Virus record (IMG/VR): IMGVR_UViG_3300044675_004984
Span: 1 to 35,874 of that record
DNA from: a virus
Lineage: Duplodnaviria; Caudoviricetes
DNA: 35,874 nucleotides
Strand: one strand, 5' to 3'
Part shown: piece after piece, positions 17,489 to 26,384 of the stretch
Position numbering within the stretch: the first letter of the stretch is position 1
How the letters are laid out: each line of letters opens with the position of its first letter
Notes under the pieces: model-generated
Told to the model about the DNA's origin: nothing
Database searches by the model: none
Seen by the model: only the letters and a program-made list of their open reading frames with translations
Program-made: the position numbers and the translations under genes

Positions 17489-18180
17489 GTTTTGACTCCC
17501 ACATAAATATCTTCGTGTCCAACCCGAAGTTCGTGATTTTGCCCGTACCGCATTCTTGGGGTTTCTACCGGAATGCGGTACTTCCACTCTATCCCTAGTT
17601 GGGTGAGTGTGGCGGTGTGGAAAGCCGTTACTGGCATGACCAACCCTTTTCTGATGTGATCAGAAATGTTTAGAACAAAAATGCCTTTAGGTTTCAGAAC
17701 ACGAACCGCTTCTTGCCACGCTTTGCCATGAAGATCACGGTATTGCTTGCCCCATTGCATAGCGCCAGCGTTCCCTTCGGTTAGTTTCCTTCCTAAACGG
17801 TGCGTGTAGGTAAGGCGCTTGTATTCGTTGCGCCCTTTTTGGTCGCAGTTGTCGCACCCATTACCTAAGCACCTTTTACAGCGTTCTGTTGCGTTGTGAC
17901 AGTCCGACATTCGGTTTCCGTACACCGGGCTAGTGAACACGGCGTCAAAGGCGTGCTGAGGAAATGGAAGGCGTGTGGCATCGCCACGAATAGTGTCGGG
18001 GTGCTGACCGGCCCATTCTTCTTCCAGTTCGACGCCAACAGTCCGCAATTTGTCGTGGGCGATTTTATGTATGTTCCCAACGCCCGCAAACGGGTCTAAG
18101 GCGATACCGGTGATGCCAGTCGCCAGTTCTTGCATAAGTTCAAGAATGCGGTTCGTGTATTGGGCCGGGTGGTTGGTCAC
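17485..18180 (-). CDS. Orphan amino (N4-C/N6-A) DNA methyltransferase with Cys-rich insert
   Basis: HPAQY, LDPFAGVG (SAM binding), FTSPVY (SPPY-like catalytic motif), EAVRVLKPKG. GTGA overlap sets the start at 18180. Confidence 0.75.
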   Translation of the reverse strand: MTNHPAQYTNRILELMQELATGITGIALDPFAGVGNIHKIAHDKLRTVGVELEEEWAGQHPDTIRGDATRLPFPQHAFDAVFTSPVYGNRMSDCHNATERCKRCLGNGCDNCDQKGRNEYKRLTYTHRLGRKLTEGNAGAMQWGKQYRDLHGKAWQEAVRVLKPKGIFVLNISDHIRKGLVMPVTAFHTATLTQLGIEWKYRIPVETPRMRYGQNHELRVGHEDIYVGVKT

Positions 18181-18524
18181 GGCATTGTCCTTGCGAACTC
18201 TGCTTCTGCGCGTTCTGCGGCGACCCACGATTGCCAAGCAGACAATTGTTGCCGATTTGATCTGACGGCCTCTAGAGCAGACTGACGTTTGCCTTCTGCC
18301 AAATCTCTGTTTCGGCGTTCTGCGGCGGTGGCCGAATCAACTATGGCCTCTCGTTCGGCAACCACATACCCCTGACCTGCTGTTTGAACCCATGCCCGCC
18401 CACGCGCTAACCGATAATCGTGTTCTGCTTCGGCAAGTTCTTGTGCTGCTTCCCGTAAAACGTCTAGGCCGCGATCAATGTTGCGAGACAGGCGGATCAT
18501 TTCTTTCTGATTCTCGCTAGACAT
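18177..18524 (-). CDS. Coiled-coil hypothetical protein (115 aa)
   Basis: SD GGAGG before ATG 18524; Ala/Arg/Glu helical sequence. Confidence 0.6.
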   Translation of the reverse strand: MSSENQKEMIRLSRNIDRGLDVLREAAQELAEAEHDYRLARGRAWVQTAGQGYVVAEREAIVDSATAAERRNRDLAEGKRQSALEAVRSNRQQLSAWQSWVAAERAEAEFARTMP

Positions 18525-18912
18525 AACTGCTTCGCCTCCACACGGCCCGCATCGCTTCCCGCTCCCTGATTGACTTGCCGCCCCATACACCGAACTCTTG
18601 ATCTGTTCTTAGGGCGTAAGCCAAACAGTCGTCGGTTACGGGACATTCAGCGCAGATTTTGCGCGCCCTGTTCATGCTTTGGGAGTCGCCTCTGCCCGGA
18701 AAAAACATTGATGTGTCTTTGTCCCGGCAAGCCGCTTTAGACACCCAAGAAGTGTCACCCTCCCTGTATCCAAGAAGGTTGTGAGCCACGGTTGTCAGCG
18801 CAGAACGCTGGCGTTCCCGGTATTCCTTCACATTGTCTGCGTTTGCTCTTTTGCAACGGGCGCACCGACAACCCGTTCGGTAGCCGCGCATCGTTCCACA
18901 ATCATCCGTCAA
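18517..18912 (-). CDS. whiB: WhiB-family regulator with N-terminal CGT..GY..GCRC..C module
   Basis: W...AAC.....MFFP, ICAECPV...CL.YAL and FGVWGG motifs; SD AAGGAG. Confidence 0.9.
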   Translation of the reverse strand: MTDDCGTMRGYRTGCRCARCKRANADNVKEYRERQRSALTTVAHNLLGYREGDTSWVSKAACRDKDTSMFFPGRGDSQSMNRARKICAECPVTDDCLAYALRTDQEFGVWGGKSIREREAMRAVWRRSSYV

Positions 18913-19942
18913 TTCCTTGCTCCTTCACCCATTCCAATATCGCTAATGCTGCACTTCGACTAGAGAGATGCCCCGAGTCCGGTTGGATAGCATACACGGA
19001 CCGGGCAACCTCTCTGCGCCGCTCCGCATAAATTGGATCAAACGCTTTCGCCAACCCTTCTGCCAAAGATTCGTTTGGTCGCACAACCGGCCCAACATCT
19101 GCGTAATCCCAAAAGCGCAAACCGTGTGAAACCCCTTTGCGCCATTTTGCTGACTCCATCAAGACAACGGGAATGTCTAGAGCCGCTGCTTCAAAAATGA
19201 TTGAACTGTTATCTATAAACAAAACGTCAATTCGTTTGACGACCTGATCCCATTCTTTTACAACGTCAACTTTTTGGTCCAGCCAGTATGGAAACAGATA
19301 GTTCCAAGCCTTCGGATGGCCGTGCCCAACAACGTCATAACCGCACACTCGCGAGTAGTGCAGAAAATCTTTCATTTGATCAGAGAATTCCCCAAAGGCC
19401 GAACCGCTTTCCGGCGTTATTTGGCAGTCCCAATGGAAAGACACGCCAATAGTCGGTGTCTTGAACCCCTTTTTGACTCTGCGATTCACAAAAAGATCAT
19501 CTAAGCGCGGTGAGCCAACAACCGCCACAGAACTAGACGGATAGGCGTCAAGGTTTCTTTTAGCCACTTCGTTGTTAGGGCAGATAAACAAACCAACTTT
19601 GTTTCGGTTCCTGCCACCGGAATAGCCGCCATGAATAGATCCGTCCTCACGAACGTAAGTTTGTCCTGCCCCGTGTTCAACAAAAATGATTGGCCTTTTG
19701 CTCATTTTTACTAGGTCCGAATACCCGGCAACGATCATCGGTTCGTTATTGCGTAAGGCGAGTGCGGTCTGACCGTTTGAGCGACTTAGTGTTGCTTCGA
19801 TGCCCCAATTCGCTAAATGGTTTTTGATGGTTTGGGACGGGACAACAAACTGGCCTTTGTGTTCATTGTCCAACCGATCCCAAATAGGAGCGATGTGATC
19901 GGCGTAATGCGACCACGCTGCGTATGCGTTGATTTTGGTCAT
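18902..19942 (-). CDS. GT-B fold glycosyltransferase (CDP-glycerol glycerophosphotransferase/sialyltransferase-like), 346 aa
   Basis: IFVEHGAG, VVGSPRLD, GHPK and DVLFIDNSSIIFEAAALDIPVVL motifs; ATGA overlap gives start 19942. Confidence 0.7.
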   Translation of the reverse strand: MTKINAYAAWSHYADHIAPIWDRLDNEHKGQFVVPSQTIKNHLANWGIEATLSRSNGQTALALRNNEPMIVAGYSDLVKMSKRPIIFVEHGAGQTYVREDGSIHGGYSGGRNRNKVGLFICPNNEVAKRNLDAYPSSSVAVVGSPRLDDLFVNRRVKKGFKTPTIGVSFHWDCQITPESGSAFGEFSDQMKDFLHYSRVCGYDVVGHGHPKAWNYLFPYWLDQKVDVVKEWDQVVKRIDVLFIDNSSIIFEAAALDIPVVLMESAKWRKGVSHGLRFWDYADVGPVVRPNESLAEGLAKAFDPIYAERRREVARSVYAIQPDSGHLSSRSAALAILEWVKEQGIDG

Positions 19943-20382
19943 GGCAATTTTTGGAGGAAAAACTGAATGTCCCCACCGTTCCTTTTCATTCGGACCTTTT
20001 TGAATTGATAAATGTCCCCTAAGAATTGTGCGCCAAGCGGCCCATTCAAGGTTTCGCCCTTGCACCAGTAATCGAAAGTCCGGTCGGTCACAAACCGAAC
20101 GTGAGTGGGATCAGTAAACGCGTTTTCGGAAGTCCAATGTGGGCAAATGATGGTCAGTCGGCCACCCGGCTTCAACACACGCCAACATTCCAATACGAAA
20201 TCAATTGGCTTGCCTACATGCTCGTAAATGTGTGAAGCAAAAATGTCTGATGCGGAATCGTTGTCGAACGGCCACGGAAAAGTATCCAAGTCCATAACAA
20301 CGTCCACGCCGGGAAGCGGATGATGATCACAGTTGGTCCAGCCGCCTTTCACATCTTTGCCACAACCCAAATTGATTTTCAT
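19939..20382 (-). CDS. Class I SAM-dependent methyltransferase (Methyltransf_11-like), 147 aa
   Basis: INLGCG, WPF.NDS, SHIYEHV, ECWRVLKPGG and DPTHVR motifs; ATGA overlap. Confidence 0.85.
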   Translation of the reverse strand: MKINLGCGKDVKGGWTNCDHHPLPGVDVVMDLDTFPWPFDNDSASDIFASHIYEHVGKPIDFVLECWRVLKPGGRLTIICPHWTSENAFTDPTHVRFVTDRTFDYWCKGETLNGPLGAQFLGDIYQFKKVRMKRNGGDIQFFLQKLP

Positions 20383-20927
20383 TCCGGCCCCCATTCTCCG
20401 AACCAAACTGATCCTGCACCAATTGTGTACGGCTCCCATTTGAAACCGTTTTTGTATTCCCAAACGCCTTCGCCACGATAAACGCAGCCCCATCGGTCAG
20501 CACCGAATCCGTCAACCAATTCTGCGTCTAGCGTCCAGTTGTATCCGAGCGGGACCGTAACAAGCATTGATCCGTTTGCCGATAGAAGCGACAACAAATG
20601 TTGTATTGCTTCTGCCGGGTTACGTCTACCCGGCTCGTTGTCCCAGCCCACATGCTCAATAGTGGAAATTGCTAAAACCCAATCAAATTGTTCTCCAACT
20701 TCAAACAGGTTTGTGTTGCTTACCCATTCGTCGGTTTCCATAAGGTCAATAACTTTGTGATGTGGCTTGATGTAATGGCCGGTTACGTTGCCGACCTCCA
20801 AACCTTTGCCGCTTCTGCGTCCGAGCCAATCAAAAACGACAGGGAGTTCTATCTGCCGTTCGTTGGTGTGAGTCCAGTTGTAGGAGTGCCAAAACGGGCG
20901 CAAAGTTTTGTCCCGGTATCTAAACAC
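20379..20927 (-). CDS. SAM-dependent methyltransferase-like protein, 182 aa
   Basis: NERQIELPV, LEVGNV, FDWVLAISTIEHVGWD and G.MLVTVPLGYN motifs; the GTG start overlaps the upstream stop. Confidence 0.7.
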   Translation of the reverse strand: MFRYRDKTLRPFWHSYNWTHTNERQIELPVVFDWLGRRSGKGLEVGNVTGHYIKPHHKVIDLMETDEWVSNTNLFEVGEQFDWVLAISTIEHVGWDNEPGRRNPAEAIQHLLSLLSANGSMLVTVPLGYNWTLDAELVDGFGADRWGCVYRGEGVWEYKNGFKWEPYTIGAGSVWFGEWGPE

Positions 20928-21930
20928 TTTGCAAACCCGTTTCCCAAACCGGCAATAAACGTTCCCAAGATCGTGTCTCTGCCCATGCCCGACCTTCTTC
21001 GGAAGCACGCACAATCGGGTGAATTGTTGATCCGGCAATGGCGTCAATGCGACTGGCAAGCATTTGGGGTTCGACGCCCCACATTGGGATTTTGCCGCCC
21101 TTCATCAAACGTGGCCTTTCTCGAAACGCCGGTACCCCAATAATGGGCCATGCGGCCTGCGGGTCAACTTCCGGCATCATCACAAGGCAGCCATGACCGA
21201 ACGCTTCAAAAGCGGGGAGGCAAAGTCCTGCGTAGCGGCGCGGCAGAACAACTAGATCGGCCCATTGGAAAAGAACTTTCATCGAATCCATGTATTCGGT
21301 GTTTTGCCGCATTTTGATGTTTGACGGCATTTTGCGGTGAAGCAAGTCGTTTGTTTGATTGCTTTCGTCGGGCTGGTGAACCATTACTTCCAGCGATGAC
21401 GAAACGTGCTGCAACGCTTGAAGAAAAAGTTCGGTTCCGTTTCTGTCGTATTGAGCGCCACCCGAAATGTGAAGCACGCGCTTGATAGAAGTTCTTGCAT
21501 TCCATTTGATCGGCGGATCGGTGGGCCAATGAACCACTTTTGATCCTTTAGGCATTCGGGATTGCAAGTAATCGGTCGGGTTCCAAACTTGCGTTGCCGT
21601 TGAACCGGAGAACAGTTCCGGCATGGCATACAAAACGGATTTCTTACCGGCGTCCTCAATGATTTTTTCTGCGTGGTTGTTGTACCAAGTCTCAGCGGTC
21701 CACCAAATGTCTGCTTGCGGAGCAAGGAATTCCCATATGTCGTCGCTAATTGGGTTGCTGACAAGAAATGTAGAAGTCCACGCTTCTTCAAAAACTATGG
21801 GCCTTGGTTCGCCACGGCAGGGTCGTGATTGGACAACAACGGTTGTCGCTGGTTTCAAGTTTCTAAATGCGTCATAGGTCAGATTGCCCAACCCGCCGTT
21901 GTCGTCACGAACCACAATCCCGAGTTTCAT
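20920..21930 (-). CDS. GT4-like glycosyltransferase, 336 aa
   Basis: N-terminal LGIVVRDDNGGLG, AETWY, DRNGT and ADLVVLPRRYAGLCLPAFEAFGHG (E-x7-E-like region), like mycobacteriophage glycosyltransferases. Confidence 0.8.
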   Translation of the reverse strand: MKLGIVVRDDNGGLGNLTYDAFRNLKPATTVVVQSRPCRGEPRPIVFEEAWTSTFLVSNPISDDIWEFLAPQADIWWTAETWYNNHAEKIIEDAGKKSVLYAMPELFSGSTATQVWNPTDYLQSRMPKGSKVVHWPTDPPIKWNARTSIKRVLHISGGAQYDRNGTELFLQALQHVSSSLEVMVHQPDESNQTNDLLHRKMPSNIKMRQNTEYMDSMKVLFQWADLVVLPRRYAGLCLPAFEAFGHGCLVMMPEVDPQAAWPIIGVPAFRERPRLMKGGKIPMWGVEPQMLASRIDAIAGSTIHPIVRASEEGRAWAETRSWERLLPVWETGLQSV

Positions 21931-21942
21931 TTGAGTCCCCGC

Positions 21943-22122
21943 TCAATAGTCAATGTCAAGATTCGATGCTTGCCGTATCGCGTCACGTTCTCGGCGCAAT
22001 TCTTCGCAGTAACAAAGTTCTTCCGGGTCGCAATCGTCGTAGTGGTCGTCGTGGAGGAAGCCGTCTGATGAGTAATAAGCGTCAGAAAGCGATTCTGCCT
22101 TGCGGAAACTAAATGAAGTCAT
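21943..22122 (-). CDS. Small acidic Cys/His protein (59 aa)
   Basis: Fills the gap between two glycosyltransferase genes; HDDHYDDCDPEELCYCEEL. Confidence 0.55.
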   Translation of the reverse strand: MTSFSFRKAESLSDAYYSSDGFLHDDHYDDCDPEELCYCEELRRERDAIRQASNLDIDY

Positions 22123-23080
22123 TCCCCACACCTGTTTCTTCCAAAAGTGTTCTCACCCTATTATTATAGGTATGGTTACGCGCTGTCCAGTCACGACACA
22201 CGGATCGCGTGTCGGCATTGGCCCCCGAATCGCTCAGAAAGGCCCCTATTTTGCGTTCTAAGGCCGTCCAGTCCCCCCAGCCGTACATCGGGACCTGATT
22301 TTCGGATTGAACGCTCAGGGCCTCTATTTTCGGCATGATCAGCAGCCCGCCACGACCGGTGGCCTCATACACCCGATCAGACCAATACAAGGACTTTTCT
22401 CTGTCCAAACAAAGGCTGTCACCAACGGTCACTTTTGCCGACCGATAAAAATCGTTCATTCTTCGGTTGCGTTCCAAACGCCGAGTATCCCCGCCGGGAT
22501 TCTTGAACTTCCAACCATTTCTTTCGCACATTTCCCGCAAAGCAGCAATCAAATCGGCACGGTACGTCCATTGCTTGTGATAATGGCCGCCATTGCTGCC
22601 AATGAAAGCAACATCACATTTATCGCTTGCACGCAAACGACCCACATCTTGTGTCCAGCGCCGTCGAACCCCCGGCAACAACCACTTGTGGTTTACGCCC
22701 ATTTTTTCCCAATCTTCAGCGTGCCCACCATCGGCAGTAAAGACAAAATCTGCTGCCCACATCGCAGAACGTTTCCAATTCGGACGGCTCAAACCCCAAA
22801 AAAGGTCGGCGTGCCAACCAGCCGTTACGCAATACCGTGACAGCGACGACATAAATCTTTTGCTGTGATTCAGGCGAGAAGAAATCCACAGCAACAATTC
22901 TGAACGCTTTGCCGCTTGCCGAATCTGTGCTTCGGTCGCCAATTCGTCAAGGAAAATAACGTTGAAGCCTTCCGCTTCAAATGCGTCCTTCCAATCCGCC
23001 TCAGCGTTCCACAGCCAACCCGTATAGCCGACAATTGTGATGTTGGGTTTATCGTCCGCAGCCACAGCCCGATTTAGCAA
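22109..23080 (-). CDS. CgeB/Glyco_trans_1_2-like glycosyltransferase
   Basis: HADLFWGL.R, FTADGGH, GVNH.WL.PGV, DVAFIGS, FYRSAKVTVGDS and YWSDRVYEATGRGGLLI motifs, then HTY..RV. The start may be GTG 23065. Confidence 0.82.
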   Translation of the reverse strand: MLNRAVAADDKPNITIVGYTGWLWNAEADWKDAFEAEGFNVIFLDELATEAQIRQAAKRSELLLWISSRLNHSKRFMSSLSRYCVTAGWHADLFWGLSRPNWKRSAMWAADFVFTADGGHAEDWEKMGVNHKWLLPGVRRRWTQDVGRLRASDKCDVAFIGSNGGHYHKQWTYRADLIAALREMCERNGWKFKNPGGDTRRLERNRRMNDFYRSAKVTVGDSLCLDREKSLYWSDRVYEATGRGGLLIMPKIEALSVQSENQVPMYGWGDWTALERKIGAFLSDSGANADTRSVCRDWTARNHTYNNRVRTLLEETGVGNDFI

Positions 23081-23282
23081 CTTTCACTTGGCCGTCAGAA
23101 GTTTCAAGAAGCCACTTGTTGCGACCCACTTGCTCCACACCCAACGGAACAACTTCGTACTTGACTTTAGCGGTGCGCTTATCGAACGCCCGAAATGTGC
23201 CCGATTCATCCATGACGGCACGTTGACGGCGAAGAATTTCACCGGAAGGCAACGTCACCATGCAACCGTTTACAACAAACAT
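23049..23282 (-). CDS. Small hypothetical protein ending GCGCGR
   Basis: Sits between the terminase and the glycosyltransferase; AGGA before ATG 23282. Confidence 0.6.
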   Translation of the reverse strand: MFVVNGCMVTLPSGEILRRQRAVMDESGTFRAFDKRTAKVKYEVVPLGVEQVGRNKWLLETSDGQVKVAKSGCGCGR

Positions 23283-23291
23283 GAACAAATC

Positions 23292-24746
23292 CTATCTCAA
23301 TCGCGCCAAAGGTCGGCTAGAAACTCTGCTTGAAGGTAATGCTGGGCGAGAAGTTGGAATGCTTTTCCGACGCCGAGAAACTCGTCTGCCCGTCAGCCAA
23401 CCAGCCGCCAAAGAAACAGCGTCCACTTGGTCGTCATGGTTGCCCATCGGGAATTCTTCAAGTTCTTCCAAGAAGTCAGGAATCCAGTCTCCGTCCAAAA
23501 CGGTGACGCGACCCTGTTCGGCAAGCAATGACCAAATCTCTGCGCGCGTCTGCTTATCCCCCGAAGGCGCTACTCCTTCGACGCGAGCGAAGCCTGACAA
23601 CGCCCGAGAGTATGCGGCGATCATTGCCTTACCTGCCGAACCCGGTTCTTTTTCAATCAACACGCGAGGCAAGGCATCTACACGGGTTTGACGCATAACT
23701 TTGTCTTGCGTTGCTCCCGGCCCCAATCGCCAACGAACAATATGTTGAATTTGCAAAACGCCGGGAACGTCCGACCCTTCAACGGGGCGGGTGCCGTCCC
23801 AAGCCAAAAGCGCACCAACCGTCCAGTCGGGATCAGGGTTGCCGTCTGATGGTTCCGTAGCCGCCAAGTCCCATGCACGAATCCGTTTCACGTTTGGCCC
23901 ATCAAGAGGTTTTTCTGTAATCGGAAACCATTGCCGAGAAAAAACCGAACCGGAATCCGTCAGCAATTCCGCCATAAGTTCCTGACGCCCAAGTCGTGTT
24001 CCTTCATAACGAGAAAGAATCCGATCACGGTATTCGGCACCAAGGTTCATAAGGTTGTCGTAAGTCGTTCCACGCGTGACAACGGTTCCATCATCGTTCA
24101 TAAGATCGTGAATAAGGCGCACATTTTTGGGTGTACCCGTGACCATGATTCGTGGATCAGGCGGCAGACGGCAACCAATCAGCGCCATAGCCATTGTCGT
24201 GTCCTCTTTCATACCTAAAAGGGCATCACGGAATTCTGCGGGTTCGTCGCACCAAACAAAGTGATGCTGTGGCCCACGAAGCCGAGCGGCCTTCTCTGCG
24301 CTGAACCCCTTCATTTTTGCACCGTTCGCCAAAGTCAATTCGCAGGCAACACGGTTCCATGAGTTTTCAACAGAACCATTCACCAACATTGAAGGCGGCA
24401 AAACCCGCAGAAGGCCCGATTCGCCTTCCACCATAACCAAACGAACGTTTTCTAGTGTCGGCGCTACCAGCGCCCCTCGGGGAACGCCGCCCGGAACGTC
24501 AAGAGTTTCGCAGCGGTGCTTGACCCATTCGGCACCGGCCCGAGTTTTTCCGGCACCACGACCAGCCATGAAAAGCCAAACCGACCATTGACCATCAGGT
24601 TCCAACTGTTCAGGTCGTGCCCAAAACGGCCAATACTCTTGCAAGGATTCTTGTTCGGCTTTGCTGAGACTTTGAAAAATCTCTGTGCGCTGCTCAGGGC
24701 TAAGCCCAGCAACGCGTTGCGCCAAACTTTTACTGCTGCCGGTCAT
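23292..24746 (-). CDS. terL: Terminase large subunit
   Basis: ARPEQ, Walker A GRGAGKT, LRGPQHHFVWCDE (Walker B), VTGTPK, YEGTRLGRQEL, nuclease motifs AWDLAA and HDDQVDA. Confidence 0.95.
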   Translation of the reverse strand: MTGSSKSLAQRVAGLSPEQRTEIFQSLSKAEQESLQEYWPFWARPEQLEPDGQWSVWLFMAGRGAGKTRAGAEWVKHRCETLDVPGGVPRGALVAPTLENVRLVMVEGESGLLRVLPPSMLVNGSVENSWNRVACELTLANGAKMKGFSAEKAARLRGPQHHFVWCDEPAEFRDALLGMKEDTTMAMALIGCRLPPDPRIMVTGTPKNVRLIHDLMNDDGTVVTRGTTYDNLMNLGAEYRDRILSRYEGTRLGRQELMAELLTDSGSVFSRQWFPITEKPLDGPNVKRIRAWDLAATEPSDGNPDPDWTVGALLAWDGTRPVEGSDVPGVLQIQHIVRWRLGPGATQDKVMRQTRVDALPRVLIEKEPGSAGKAMIAAYSRALSGFARVEGVAPSGDKQTRAEIWSLLAEQGRVTVLDGDWIPDFLEELEEFPMGNHDDQVDAVSLAAGWLTGRRVSRRRKSIPTSRPALPSSRVSSRPLARLR

Positions 24747-25200
24747 TTTGACGTTCGGCCAACATATCCATCTTGGTCAGCAACTTTTGGAGAGCGTCAT
24801 CAGGATTTGCCGCGTCGTCATTCTCGGGGATTTCCTCAATGTCGCGATGGCGTGCCCAACGCTGCGGGAAACTGCGCTCCAAAAACCAAGCGGACGCCTG
24901 CCAACTTCCATTCTTTCCAGCGTCACGGACCTCGCCAACTGCTTCGATTTCGGCTGCTGCGCGAGCAATGTCAACGTCACGCTTGAAAAGCAAATACTTT
25001 TGTTCGGACTCAATGGGATCGAAGCCTTCGGCAATGCGGGCTTCTTCCATTTCTCCACGGCTGATCCAAGCAGTAAACGTTGACCAGCCGATTCCGGCCT
25101 TTTGAGCAGCGACTTTCTGATAAGAACCACGACGCAAATCACGCACAATTTTTTCGTGCATCTGCTCGTCCAACTTGCCGCCCGAAGTCTTTTTTTCCAT
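24730..25200 (-). CDS. terS: Terminase small subunit
   Basis: HTH (AAQKAGIGWSTFTAW) and WQASAWFLER motif, directly upstream of and overlapping terL. Confidence 0.75.
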   Translation of the reverse strand: MEKKTSGGKLDEQMHEKIVRDLRRGSYQKVAAQKAGIGWSTFTAWISRGEMEEARIAEGFDPIESEQKYLLFKRDVDIARAAAEIEAVGEVRDAGKNGSWQASAWFLERSFPQRWARHRDIEEIPENDDAANPDDALQKLLTKMDMLAERQNDRQQ

Positions 25201-25209
25201 TTTTCTATT

Positions 25210-25413
25210 CTATCCCATGAATATTGCTGCGTATTTGAGGGCCACGATTATAAAAACCCAAGAGAACAAACTTGCAACAACAATTGTTGATGCCGCTGTC
25301 CACGCCATTTTAGACCAAGAGGTTTCTAGCCGGTAGGTCGAAAATGCTACGCAAGCAACAAAGACGCACAAAATGGCGGCAAGAGCAGCCAACGATGAAA
25401 AAACCAAGTTCAT
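25210..25413 (-). CDS. Small two-TM membrane protein (67 aa)
   Basis: Two hydrophobic stretches; ATGA-coupled to the upstream ORF. Confidence 0.6.
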   Translation of the reverse strand: MNLVFSSLAALAAILCVFVACVAFSTYRLETSWSKMAWTAASTIVVASLFSWVFIIVALKYAAIFMG

Positions 25414-25568
25414 GCCAACCCCGTAAGGTCCGGCATGATTGAAGGGTAATCAGGGTGCCCGATGGACTTTTCTCTAATCGGTTGAAACTTTGATTCTTTT
25501 TCAAGGTTTTTCTTGATTATCCGCAACAAATCTAAAACAAGTTGTTCTTTTTCCTCAGTTTCGTGCAT
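25410..25568 (-). CDS. 52-aa hypothetical protein (not in ORF track)
   Basis: Hand translation MHETEEKEQLVLDLLRIIKKNLEK...LTGLA; SD GAGGA; overlaps both neighbours in coupling fashion. Confidence 0.6.
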   Translation of the reverse strand: MHETEEKEQLVLDLLRIIKKNLEKESKFQPIREKSIGHPDYPSIMPDLTGLA

Positions 25569-25884
25569 CGTATTCCTCAATTCTGCAAGGTCGGCAAGTG
25601 GTATGGCTGGTCAACCGTGCTTTCGGCCACCGGCGACCACATTTCTTGCAACGAGAAAAACGTTTCGTGCGAATGCCTTTCAATTCTGCTTGGGTAAAAC
25701 CACCCCAAATGCCACGCTTCTCCACGTTTTCCAATGCTGCTTCCAAACATTGTTCTTGGACTGGACAGACTTCTATACAAATTCTTGTCATCTCGGTATC
25801 GTGATCTTGCGAATACTCCATCGGGAACCACAACTCAGGGTCCATGCCCCTGCAAGCCGCTTCTTCCCGCCAATCACCCATCAT
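25555..25884 (-). CDS. whiB: WhiB-family regulator with C-terminal zinc ribbon
   Basis: WREEAACRGMDPELWFP, ICIEVCPV...CL and GIWGG motifs, followed by CKKC...CRPC. Confidence 0.88.
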   Translation of the reverse strand: MMGDWREEAACRGMDPELWFPMEYSQDHDTEMTRICIEVCPVQEQCLEAALENVEKRGIWGGFTQAELKGIRTKRFSRCKKCGRRWPKARLTSHTTCRPCRIEEYDARN

Positions 25885-26384
25885 TATTGGGTGCGCTCCT
25901 GAAACCGCTGAGCGATCCCTTCTCGCATCGCAAAAACAATTATTTCGGTGGCTAATTCCGGGGCAAGGTCGGAATCAATTGACGCAAGACGAAAAAGGGC
26001 GATGCTTGTCGCCATAGGACAAAGGTAACTATCGGCGCAATGCCCGCCTAGCACAATTCCCGCTGAACGAAGTTCTTGCTCTTTTACTTCATCGGAACAA
26101 AACAAGATTGCTGAAAACGCGTCCGTCAAATCGCGTTCGGCTTGCGCCTCTCCTTCTTGTGTCCGTTCGGGGCTGTCTCCAATAAGAAGAATGTTCTCGG
26201 CATCTTGAACAATAATTTCCCCGCACATTTCTTCAAGCAGTTCCAAATCCATGCTCAAAGACTCAACAAGTTCGTTTAGAACAGAATTCTTTCTGCGTGT
26301 TTCAACAATTTCGTTTTGAAGGCGTTTTATTTTCGCCAATTCCGACCTTCGTCGCCATTCCTTGAATCTGAGCCACATAATCAA
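25884..26384 (-). CDS. Hypothetical protein with N-terminal coiled coil (166 aa)
   Basis: Coupled to both neighbours; no recognised motif. Confidence 0.6.
   Translation of the reverse strand: MIMWLRFKEWRRRSELAKIKRLQNEIVETRRKNSVLNELVESLSMDLELLEEMCGEIIVQDAENILLIGDSPERTQEGEAQAERDLTDAFSAILFCSDEVKEQELRSAGIVLGGHCADSYLCPMATSIALFRLASIDSDLAPELATEIIVFAMREGIAQRFQERTQ

Noticed and set aside
18902-23080. Cassette as a DNA hypermodification system
   Set aside because: No hydroxymethylase, TET/JBP, nucleotide kinase or phage polymerase is visible to supply a modified base. Disfavoured rather than excluded, since the genome is incomplete.
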